From NCBI GenBank assembly GCA_054600435.1, contig BAAIJX010000033.1, positions 124,001-188,000 on the forward strand: a stretch of DNA of 64,000 nucleotides. The letters are read 5' to 3'. The position numbers and the translations under genes are program-made. The notes beneath the pieces are model-generated. The model worked only from the letters and a program-made list of their open reading frames with translations, did not search any database and was not told where the DNA came from. This DNA comes from Neophaeotheca triangularis (taxonomy: Eukaryota). The first letter of the stretch is position 1; each line of letters begins with the position of its first letter. Of the stretch, positions 11,147 through 20,985 are shown in pieces.

Positions 11147-12375
11147 CTAATCGCGAAGAAGCTCCCTGTAGCATCTTTGAACGTCGACGTCATCGACGTA
11201 GTCGTGGGCATGGTATTGGCACAGATCCTCCTCCCATGGCGGAAGAGCCTTTCCACCACTGGATTTGCTAGCCTTTGATCTGTCCAAAGCCTCCTGCTTA
11301 TCCGCATGAAACTTGCGGCAGTCGAACCACCCAGTGCCGAAGTTGCCACAGCGCCAGACCAGGAAATCGACGCAAAAGTCCTCCAACACTTCAATGGCTG
11401 GCTCGCGGGTGTAGATGTGCTCGACCACAAATTCCAAGAACTTGTCGCTCGGCCGACTCAAAGTCTCCAAATCGTCAATGATGGCGTCCATGACGAAATC
11501 CTGGAAGGGGACGCTGTCGATTTTGCGGCCAAGTATGAGGCATTGCACCAGCAACGTGAACGTTGCTTGCTCTCCAGCTGTGTTTGAGAGGTATGGCTTG
11601 CGGTCTTTGGTGTACAGCCAGCTGAGGTAGACGTTGAAAGCCTTCGGCCCTCCTATGTCCGGGTAGACCAGGATCTCGGGGACCATGGCCAGATCGCTGT
11701 CGAATACGGGCGATGACGCGGCGAGGAGATTGCGATGCACAATAAAGGTCGTGTATGCGCCGTCGCCGCCTTCTTTCTTGACGCGGACGACCACGGTGTC
11801 GGTGAAGCTGGTGGGTTAGCATGCCGTGTGGCCTGGCTGGTAGCCCGATACAGCCTCGCGCTTGGAGCTTACTCGATGCCGTATTGCATGGATGCGGTGG
11901 CGTGCGTGGATGGTTCGAAGCTGATGGTGCTCAATCTTGGCCGATCACCACGAGTTGGCTGAGGGCGATCTGGCTCGTCGACATCGATATCCATCCCTCC
12001 GCCGCTGTGAGCGCCTGGTACAGCAACCGGGTACTCTTGGTCGTCGTCATCGCTGTCTCCATCGACACTTCCGTCACCATACTCTTCCTCGACACCGTCT
12101 TTCTCTTCCACGATAGCGTCTCCATCTTCCCCGTCACCGGCTTCCGCATCGCCGGCCAGATCCTCATGGACTTTAGGCATGACGTCAAAGCGACTGCTAG
12201 AGCGCGTCCTGTACCTTTTCGCTGGTGGTTGGTCGTCGTCAACGCCGCGGATGGCTCCTGGTGTGGCCGTTGTCACGTCCACGTCGTGGTCGGCGTAGAA
12301 GGCCTCTCTGGACCTCTTATGGCTGTCGTGGTGAGCTTCGTCGTCCATGTCTTGCGAATCCCCCTGGTCGGCCAT
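11147..12375 (-). CDS. BTB/POZ-domain protein with acidic N-terminus; 2 exons (12375-11873, 11807-11147)
   Basis: Intron 11872-11808 (GTAAGC...GCTAAC...CAG) joins two ORFs in frame: YGID-FTDTVVVRV...FIVHRNLLAASSPVF...AFNVYLSWLY. Confidence 0.85.
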
Positions 12376-12679
12376 GCTTTTGCCTTGAGCCCTGGGCAGC
12401 TAGGGGAGAGTGCTGGTAGTGAAGAGAAGACGCGGTGCAAGATGCGCTTTGACTGGAGGACGGGCAACTATGTGAGGTTCTGGGTATTATGCAGGAGCGA
12501 AGTGAAATTGGCGGTGTTGTGCCAGTGTCTTAGCGCAAAAATGCGAGCTTTCATGTGAGACAGCGCAGGTGAGGTCGAGAAGCGATGCCTTGCTTCCATT
12601 GCGTATTTTTGGGCACGGGGCCGGGAGACGTCTAACTGCTTTGTTCATAATACACTAATACATGTTACACGGAGCACTT

Positions 12680-13708
12680 TTACTCGCTTCCCGTAGTACC
12701 CTTCTGCTCTTCTTCCATCATGCCTCGCCGCCCCTCTACGGTCACGTACAAGCTCTTTCCGGCGGCTTCCAGCGTATTAGCGAGGTTGGCGCCACCAGCA
12801 TTCTGCAGCATTGCAACCAGCTGTCCGCGCAAGCCATCAATACCACCCGGAATCGCTCCCACCCACTTCGTACCATCCATATCAAACACTCTTCCTTCAA
12901 CCCTAGCACCGAGCAGCATGAGCTTCTGCAGCCCATTCTGCACGGCCGGCTCGTGGTAAGCTGGATTCACCCGTCGCTTGGGCGCAGGGAACTCCTTGGA
13001 AGGCGACAAGATGTGGAGCGCAGCCTTCAGATGCTGCGGCGAAACGGCTGGGAAAGTAAGAATCGCCAGGGGCCCAGAAAGCAGCGGTTCGAGCCCCGTC
13101 TTGCGCTCCCGCTCCGCCCTCGCAACCTCCCACGCCGTCTTGGAGAGACCGTGGCTCAAAGCGGGATCGTCCGACCTTAGACCAGTCTCGGCGACGGATG
13201 TCGAGGTCGCGGTCTTCGGATCCGTCGAGTCGGTCCCAGGCGTAGAAGCAAAGTCCGGATTCCAGAACTCGACGACTTTGAGCGCCGACTCGAAGATTCC
13301 CGTCTGCACAATCTGCAGCTTTGTGCCCTCGCCTGTCATGTCCGGGCTGCCATTGGCCAGGAGCTCCTCGTCGACCTTCCTCAGCGCCACGGCGAGTTCC
13401 CGTCTGATTCCCGTCCACTCCATTGCTTTTACGTTGCTGTGTTGGAAGAGTACCATGAGGGGCGTTGAGCGGAGCAACGACTGGTACTGCCTGTGAAGCT
13501 GGGATTTGCGGAATTGGGGAGGTTTGTAGGACGGTGGTTGTGTCGGCGGGTAGTGTTGTATCGGAGCAGCAGGCGCACTGCCGCGCTCTATTGGAGCCGC
13601 TGGAGTTGTTGCGGTAGCCATGGAGGCTCGTTGGCATCGCCGACAGACATATTGTGGTTTCGGTACGGTCGAGCGAGGTAGGCCAGGGACTCGTAATCGA
13701 GGAGGCAT
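12680..13708 (-). CDS. MRPL11: Mitochondrial ribosomal protein uL10m (YmL11-like)
   Basis: Arg-rich presequence; RKSQLHRQYQSLLRSTPLMVLFQHSN and LSGPLAILTFP...LLGARVEG motifs. Confidence 0.85.
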   Translation of the reverse strand: MPPRLRVPGLPRSTVPKPQYVCRRCQRASMATATTPAAPIERGSAPAAPIQHYPPTQPPSYKPPQFRKSQLHRQYQSLLRSTPLMVLFQHSNVKAMEWTGIRRELAVALRKVDEELLANGSPDMTGEGTKLQIVQTGIFESALKVVEFWNPDFASTPGTDSTDPKTATSTSVAETGLRSDDPALSHGLSKTAWEVARAERERKTGLEPLLSGPLAILTFPAVSPQHLKAALHILSPSKEFPAPKRRVNPAYHEPAVQNGLQKLMLLGARVEGRVFDMDGTKWVGAIPGGIDGLRGQLVAMLQNAGGANLANTLEAAGKSLYVTVEGRRGMMEEEQKGTTGSE

Positions 13709-13918
13709 TGTCGAGGCTTGCCGCCGCGCTTCGGTATGATGGGGACTTTCGCTAAATTTCAGCGCAACGTTCGACTGTCATGGAACGATCGATCTGTTTT
13801 AACCAAATGAGGTGGTCCTGAATGTGTGCAGTGCCCCTACCTCGTGGCTGCTGTACCGCAAATGCGGCCAAAGCGGAGGTAAGGTGAAGCTCGGTTAATC
13901 ATCGGAACACACTTCTCT

Positions 13919-13925
13919 TGAGTCA
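13919..13925. promoter_or_regulatory. Gcn4/CpcA (cross-pathway control) element TGAGTCA upstream of TRP4
   Basis: Exact TGA(C/G)TCA match ~165 bp upstream of the TRP4 ATG, in the MRPL11/TRP4 divergent promoter; GATAAG motifs follow at ~13936 and ~13950. Confidence 0.6.
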
Positions 13926-14087
13926 TGCACCCTCCGATAAGAATTTACGGATAAGGCGACTACTTCCAGTCTTATGAGCCATTGGCTGGTGACATTTCGT
14001 CGAAGAGATATTATTGATATCCATATACAAATTGAGGTGCTCGCAGAACTTCTCGAGAGCGCGCCGTTACTTCCTCACGCAGGCATC

Positions 14088-15371
14088 ATGTCAACAGAAA
14101 GGCCGGATTTCGTGAGCATCACGCCGCTACTCAAGCGGTTATCAACCCTGGAAGCAGCGCGATCTGTGACTGCACCGGAGATTGCTGCTGCGGTTGCCCT
14201 CATCTTCACCAATGCTATATCCCCCGTCCAGTTCGCACTGCTGCTATGGGCTCTACACACCACTGGCATGGACCATCGAGCCGACGTTCTTGCCGCCTGT
14301 GCTGCTTCTATGCGCCAAGCTGGAGCTCAAGTCGATAGACCAGCACTCGAAGCAGTCGTCGGCGAGAAGAACCGGGCTAGTGGGCAGTACGGGGGCGGAC
14401 TGGTATGAAATTCGTGGCACCCTGCAAAGGCGGCGCTCGACCTGACGACTGATGCAGACCAGTGCGACATAGTTGGCACCGGAGGCGACGGCCACAACAC
14501 GTACAACGTTTCCACAACCTCTTCGATCATCGCATCAGCGCTCTTGACCATGGCTAAACATGGCAACAACTCGTCGACATCGCTCTCGGGCTCCGCGGAC
14601 CTACTTTTGCACGCGCCCAAGGCTCCAGTCATTGCAGCAACAACAGCGGAGTCCCTACCGCAGCTGTACGAAAAGACAAGCTACGCGTTCTTGTACGCCC
14701 GCGAATGGCATCCCGGCATGAAGTACGCCGCTGGTACCCGCAAGGAAGTACCAGTCCGGACGATTTTCAACCTACTAGGACCTCTCGCCAACCCCGTTCA
14801 CGATACTGGACTTGTGGAAGCGCGCATCTTAGGTGTGGCCCGCCAGGATATCGGTGCCACTTTTGCCGAAGCGTTGCGATTGTCTGGAGCCAAGAAGGCT
14901 TTGGTGGTCTGCGGCGACGAGAATCTGGACGAGCTCTCGTGTGCAGGTCCCACGCACTGCTGGTACCTACGCCCGGCTGACGATGGGCAGGTCGCCATGG
15001 ACGAGCTTACGCTGAGGCCTAGCGACTTTGGCTTGCCGTGTCATTCGCTGGACGAGGTGCATGGCGGTAAAGGTCCTGGAGAGAACGCTGAGATACTAAT
15101 GCAGATTTTGAGGAATCAGAGGCGCGAAGACGACCCAGTACTACGCTTCGTTCTACTCAACACCGCAGCTCTCATCACCGTAAGCGGCATCTGCGAGGCC
15201 GACGAGAGCGCCATGGGTAGTGGGGACGATGGAGCGGTGATCAAGGAACGCGGCCCTGGAGGTTTGCGGTGGAAGGAAGGTCTCAGACGCGCCAAATGGT
15301 GCATCACGAGTGGTGCCGCGTTGAGAGAATGGGAACAGTATGTCGAAGTGACGAACGCTATTGCCGCCTAG
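14088..15371 (+). CDS. TRP4: Anthranilate phosphoribosyltransferase; 2 exons (14088-14402, 14463-15371)
   Basis: Intron 14403-14462 (GTATGA...CTGAC...CAG) restores L-CDIVGTGGDG; KHGN, SGSADLL, RTIFNLLGPLANP, LDELS motifs. Confidence 0.95.
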
Positions 15372-17176
15372 AGTGTGCAAAAATGTCGAGTCCATGCGCG
15401 AATAGAATAGACTTTTACAATTGAATCGTTGCTCTGACGTGGATAGGGAAAGCATGTGATGTAGTCTTGAGCAATAAATTGTGCTGGGAACCATAGGGTT
15501 TTGGCGCTTCGAGTTGTGTGATGAAGCGACAGGCATGGCAGCTCTCCGAGTGGCCGGGCTGCGCGGTCGAAGCAACAGCGACCATGCCTGTCTCTTGTGT
15601 TTTGCTTTTAAGAAGCAAAGAATGAAGCAACATCACGACGCATTCAAACATGGAACAGTAACAACACCAGGCTTGAAGTCGACTCGACGACTACAGTAGT
15701 AGTAGTACCTTGGCTTAGCGGCAGCAGCAGCTTATTAGAGAGCAACTCGAGCCAAGACTCAGGGTTACAAGCAGTGGACACTGGAGGGTTTCAGACAACA
15801 GGAACGGGTTTAGAGTCAACTGGGGGCCGCTGCAGGTCGTGGAGCAGGGGCCGTCAAGGAACACATGTCGACCTGGGCATCATCCGATTCATCCCATGCT
15901 CGCGCTCGCCATGATTCCCGGGCATCCATTCCAAGGTTCCTTCTCGCCTCGCGCCTTGATCAACGATTGCATTCCATCCTTGGGTTACGCTTGATGCTCG
16001 TGAGAAGACGCAATTGTTGCAGCTTAAGGGGCTGGCCTTGATTAGGGAGGGGTTTCACATATCATGTAGCTGTGAATAGGAGGTAGAAAAGACTACTTAC
16101 TGTTGTACCTAACTTATAAGAGAGTAAAAGGCGAGCATCTCGGAAGCAACCTTGTTCGTTCTAGAAATGGAACAAACATGCAGGCCGCCATCCCTTTTAG
16201 AGCTGTCTAAACGTCAAACCTCCACCACGTCCGTGACATGCAGGGAACATGTGGGAGACAACCATACGAGGTACCACCACCATACTTAGTACTTACAGTG
16301 GGTAGCTACATTGCTATTGTTTTATTATTTCTATCACCGTGGATTCGAACCGCTCATACAGGTATCTGTTTGGTGTTAGGTACCTCTAACGATGTAGTCA
16401 AAAAGACCACCTTACTGCCGGGCGTGCGAGCAGAGCTACCTACCTAAGTTAAGCGAAAGCAGACGGGCGCCCCCTTTTCGTCGTTGGCTGGCGGCCATCA
16501 CTCGTAATAAATGTAAACGAAGCTCGAATCATGGACCACATCGGGTGCCACTGTGCCACTCCAGGGCTTTCACTACTACTGTTCAGTGCTTGACCCTTCT
16601 CTCCTCCCCCCCGGACGGACCCATCCTAGTCAATGTGACGGCCCCCCCAGCGCTACCGTCTACCTAGCCACGGCCATCGTCTGACTGTCGTTCACTTCAA
16701 CCGCTGCAGCACCGCGTGCAAATCTACTCTTCCTCACATTCCTCCGTCACCGCGTGCTGTGCACTTCTAACTATCGTCACTCGTTGTAGCGTAAACGCTA
16801 CCTAATCTTCTTCACCAGCCAGCATCGGTAATAGGGCGTCCCAAGACGAGTACAACGGGTGACCTCTCAGTGTTTCGTCTGTCCTGTACCTCATCTCGAC
16901 TGTCCAAAGGCCGGGACCCTTGGACACCAGCTTCGCCCTTGCTGTTTCCACTCGACTTGCCTTCCACCTGCACTGTCGCATTCGCTTCGACCCAGTCGCT
17001 CGTACGGGAAGAGAAAGAGCTAGGGACACACGTGACGCAAGGGGAGACTGCGTCTTCCTTTGGACCACCGCCCTTTTCATGATTGGCTGGACCGCTTCGA
17101 TAAGCATACCGTGCGCATCCGTCTAATTACCTTCTCACGGCGCTGAGCACGCAGCCGTCTCAGCGCCCTTTCGCAC

Positions 17177-20100
17177 ATGTCTACGCCTCAGCCACCGAAA
17201 GAGCTCTCGGGACGCTGCTCTGCCATACACGACGACGTTCTCTATGTCTTGTCGCCCGACTCCTTCCAGTCGCTCCCGCTGAAGGAGAATGCCACTTGGA
17301 GCGAACTGCCAAAGGGCCAATCGCTCTCTGGCCCAGCTTGTGTGCGGGCGGCACCTAACGGCAATGCTTCTGAGGCGGCTCTTTATGTCATAGGCGGCGA
17401 GACGGACGATGACAGTTACTCTGGCCTATCGCGGTTTCTTTTCGAGCAACAGAAGTGGGAAGAACTGGACACCCCGGCAGATGTCATGGAAGGCAGGACG
17501 AATCACGGCGCCGCCTATCTCCGCGATACTCGGTCGATTCTGGTTTATGCGGGCTCCCAGGCCTCTGCTCCTTCGGACATATCCTCTCAAACTTTCGTCA
17601 TACACACAGAAGATCCCCACAACATCGATTCCTTCACTGCTCGCGCTGGGTCCGATACCTTTGTACCGGCTTTGAAAGAGCCAATCCTTGAGTCATGGAA
17701 CGGAAGCCATGCGATGCTCGTAGGAGGCGACGAAACGAATAAGGACGTTTTCTTGTTTGACCACAGCCATGGCTGGCAGCAGTATGGCACAAGCCTAGCC
17801 GAGTCCTTGCCATCTGGCACGAGAGGCGCCATTGTGACGGGAAGCGACGGGAGCAAAGTCCTGGAAACGTACGACATGTCAGTGTCGCCCAACAAGGTGT
17901 CACAGGTTGTGCTACAGGACGCCAGTGGACAGCCAGCAGAGGTCGGCCAAACCATAGGTGGCTCGTCGCGGAAACGGAAGCGAGACCTTACACTACAGGA
18001 CTGGCCCGAATACAATAACACAAATGCACCTACAGCTACCCGAACGGAATACTCACTAGCAGCTGACGACAACGGGACGACAGTCATCGCTGGGGGAAAC
18101 GAGGACTCGCCTCTGGCCATGTTCGATCAGACAGGTAATGAGTGGATCGACGCCGACCAATTCTTCGACCGCAAACAACAACAGCCGCTTCAGCCATCTT
18201 CAACAGCTAGCCCATCACCGACAAGTTCTCCAACCGAATCGGTCTCCGCGTCTGCATCCTCGACCGCTGTGGCGGGTGGAGGTGGTGGCGGGAACAGAGA
18301 CCGCACGCTCAGAACACTGGGTATAACCCTGGGGGTCTTATGTGGAATAGCAGCAATTTTCATCGCGGCGCTACTCTACATGAGGTGGCGAAAGCTGAGT
18401 CGCAAGAAACAACAAGATCTTGTCGAAGAAAAGGGTCAAGGTAGAGACGCCAACCGGATGAGCTTCGTTGATCGCGGTGCTTCCTTCATGAAAGAGGCTG
18501 GTCCTTCGGTTAATGACCTTTTGGCGCCTCCGAGAAAAGATCGACACAACAAAGCAGGAGCCCACACATCTTTGGCCATTATTGCCGGCAAGATTGGCGC
18601 CAACAAATCGAACAGCAACAACCATGCCCCAAAGGCCAGCTTCGAGAGCACAACCAACCTTGTTAAGGACAGGGATGGGGATATGGAAATGATGGATATC
18701 GACAGCAAGAGCAAGACACCCATTGTGAAGACTGTACCTGTGCCTGATTCTGATGGCCCGCCGCCTAATTACGGCGCCAGCGTACAACGTAGAGAGTTCG
18801 ACGATGGTTCCAACGATCGCAGCTCCGGGTGGTCGAAGTACTTTGCCGCAAGCCAACCGACCGGGGTTTCACATCTGCCCTCGGCTTATGTTAAGCCACA
18901 TATGTCGACGGATGGGTCTGAATACACCAGCGGCGCTCGTTCCCAGCCTTCGCGGATACCGTCCTCTGTCCTAGTTCCACCACTCGACATTGATTTTGCC
19001 AAGACCGCTGATGGCCACCGTCTCTCACACGTTACCACCGGCTCCCCTTCGTTCGCTCACTCTCGCGAAGACCTTGCGAGGCGTGGTAGCACTGCAGAGA
19101 TGTCGCTTGGACAAAGCGGCAGGATCGAAAACACTGCCGACCGGCCGGGCTCTCAGACTACTGTCCGGTCTTCTTACACCAGATCGGAATTGAGCAGTCA
19201 CTTCTCAGGCGACTACAATCACAATTCTGTCAACACGCCTTGGACACCGTTTAGTAACACGACCAAGGACAACCAGTCTGAGATCCGTCCCACTAGTAGC
19301 GTGTACACCAACAGTCTCCACGAATCGCGAATGCCTTCGCGTGGCAAGTCTGCTGGCTTCTTTCCAGGTTCAGGTGTCAGCGCTCGTCCTCCACCGGCAA
19401 AAGCGAGGATGGGCCATTCAGCAGCGCCTAGTGCCGACTGGTCTGCACCTCCGAAGATCGGTCAAGCAGCACAAGAGCGCGATAGCACCATCACAGTCTT
19501 CCCGAGTGGAGACGATGCTCCAAATTCCGGTAACCGACCGAGGGAGCTTGGGGAGCACAACCCTAAGCCATCGCCCCAGAGCGTATCAAGACCCTCCGAC
19601 AGTCGCGATAGCACTGCGACTGTGTTCCCCTCCGGACTGGAGAATCTCGACCAAGCTACGGCCGGCGCACCAAAAGAGCAAAAATTGCCCGAGTTCGCCC
19701 CACGACAGGCGAGTGCGTTGATGTTTCCAGAGAATCGCGATAGCACCGCGACGGTGTTCCCTTCTGGACTCGAAGGCTCTGAGCAAGTCGCGCCGCCAAA
19801 GAAGTTGCACGCCTTTGCACCGTCACAGTCGAGCGCATTGAGACCTTCAGAGAGCCGCGATAGCACGGCGACTGTGTTTCCTTCTGGGGTCGAGCACGCT
19901 GACCAAGCTGCACCGTCGAGAAGTCAAAGACTGCCAGAATTTGCACCCCGACAACCGAGCGCCCTAGTGCCCTCGGACAATCGCGATAGCACGGCGACTG
20001 TTTTTCCTTCTGGTGTCGAGCATGCTGAGCAAGCTGCGCCGCCGGCAAGTCAAAACCTGCCAGAATTCGCACCCCGACAACCGAGCGGCCAAATTTCCTC

Positions 20101-20530
20101 AGATAACCGCGATAGTACCGCGACCGTATTTCCATCTGGGATTGAGCAACCCGAAGCATCCGCAGCGCCGGCTAGGGGACCAAGACTACCCGAGTTCGCG
20201 CCAGTGCCATCGAGCTCCCTGCTACCTCTTCAGAGCCGTGACAGCACCGCGACCATCTTTCCACGTGGCGTTCCAAGTGCGTATTACGCCAACCGCCCAC
20301 AGGAGCCGGTTCGCCACGGTCCAACCGCCCCAGCGCAGTCACTCCCGCCACCGGGCGCGCCTGCTCCAGCCGACAACCGCGATAGCACCGCGACGCTGTT
20401 CCCCAAGGGCGTGCCGAGCGCCTACTATGCCAACCGACCGAAAGAGCTCGACAAGCACGACCAAGACAAGCCCCCCATGGGCGAAGACATAAGCTGGCTG
20501 AATCTGGGGCTGGGTGGGAATAGGATCTAG
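17177..20530 (+). CDS. Single-pass membrane protein: Kelch/beta-propeller-like N-terminal region, S/T-rich stalk, TM helix, long cytoplasmic tail with 8 repeats (1117 aa)
   Basis: LYVIGG / LVYAG / MLVGG / VIAGG propeller-like motifs; several NxS/T sequons; RKRKR dibasic site; TM TLGITLGVLCGIAAIFIAALLYM followed by RWRK. Confidence 0.85.
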   Translation: MSTPQPPKELSGRCSAIHDDVLYVLSPDSFQSLPLKENATWSELPKGQSLSGPACVRAAPNGNASEAALYVIGGETDDDSYSGLSRFLFEQQKWEELDTPADVMEGRTNHGAAYLRDTRSILVYAGSQASAPSDISSQTFVIHTEDPHNIDSFTARAGSDTFVPALKEPILESWNGSHAMLVGGDETNKDVFLFDHSHGWQQYGTSLAESLPSGTRGAIVTGSDGSKVLETYDMSVSPNKVSQVVLQDASGQPAEVGQTIGGSSRKRKRDLTLQDWPEYNNTNAPTATRTEYSLAADDNGTTVIAGGNEDSPLAMFDQTGNEWIDADQFFDRKQQQPLQPSSTASPSPTSSPTESVSASASSTAVAGGGGGGNRDRTLRTLGITLGVLCGIAAIFIAALLYMRWRKLSRKKQQDLVEEKGQGRDANRMSFVDRGASFMKEAGPSVNDLLAPPRKDRHNKAGAHTSLAIIAGKIGANKSNSNNHAPKASFESTTNLVKDRDGDMEMMDIDSKSKTPIVKTVPVPDSDGPPPNYGASVQRREFDDGSNDRSSGWSKYFAASQPTGVSHLPSAYVKPHMSTDGSEYTSGARSQPSRIPSSVLVPPLDIDFAKTADGHRLSHVTTGSPSFAHSREDLARRGSTAEMSLGQSGRIENTADRPGSQTTVRSSYTRSELSSHFSGDYNHNSVNTPWTPFSNTTKDNQSEIRPTSSVYTNSLHESRMPSRGKSAGFFPGSGVSARPPPAKARMGHSAAPSADWSAPPKIGQAAQERDSTITVFPSGDDAPNSGNRPRELGEHNPKPSPQSVSRPSDSRDSTATVFPSGLENLDQATAGAPKEQKLPEFAPRQASALMFPENRDSTATVFPSGLEGSEQVAPPKKLHAFAPSQSSALRPSESRDSTATVFPSGVEHADQAAPSRSQRLPEFAPRQPSALVPSDNRDSTATVFPSGVEHAEQAAPPASQNLPEFAPRQPSGQISSDNRDSTATVFPSGIEQPEASAAPARGPRLPEFAPVPSSSLLPLQSRDSTATIFPRGVPSAYYANRPQEPVRHGPTAPAQSLPPPGAPAPADNRDSTATLFPKGVPSAYYANRPKELDKHDQDKPPMGEDISWLNLGLGGNRI
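19478..20410 (+). repeat. Coding tandem repeat: 8 copies of RDST(A/I)T(V/I/L)FP(S/R/K)G with 120-141 bp period
   Basis: Motif starts at 19478, 19604, 19736, 19856, 19982, 20108, 20237, 20378; several spacers share LPEFAP. Confidence 0.95.
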
Positions 20531-20985
20531 GCCTCGCCCTGGTGCTTGCCAACTTCAAGACGCTGAGAAACAGCGAGCGCTTCCACGGACCCACCGCCAC
20601 CATTGGGAAATATCGCCCCATTCCACTACTGTATCTTTGCGAGCCATCATTTCGTCATTTTTGCGATGCGTTAGATATCCAACTCGAAATTTTCTTGTTT
20701 TTTCAACGCTTGCAGCGTTTTTTCGTTAATTACCTTTATTACGAAAGCCACTCGCTCTAGCGTGGCGCGGTTAGCTAGGTCTCGTTGGGTGGGAGTCAGA
20801 GTCAGGGATAAGAGATAGAAGGAAAATTTGGTCTATTGGAAGACTGGCATGTTGCAAACGTACGTAACACTGTTGCACGTCTGCCAGGGGACTTTGAAAG
20901 TGGTTGTTCCTCGTCTACTATGTATGGGCCAGCTGTACATAGTCCTCCGTACGCATCAATGCCTTCCTCCCATCCGTCAGTCGGT

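Noticed and set aside
19478..20410. CRISPR-like regularly spaced repeat
   Set aside because: The repeats are in-frame coding units that vary at synonymous positions inside a eukaryotic ORF; spacers are mutually similar and no cas genes are present.
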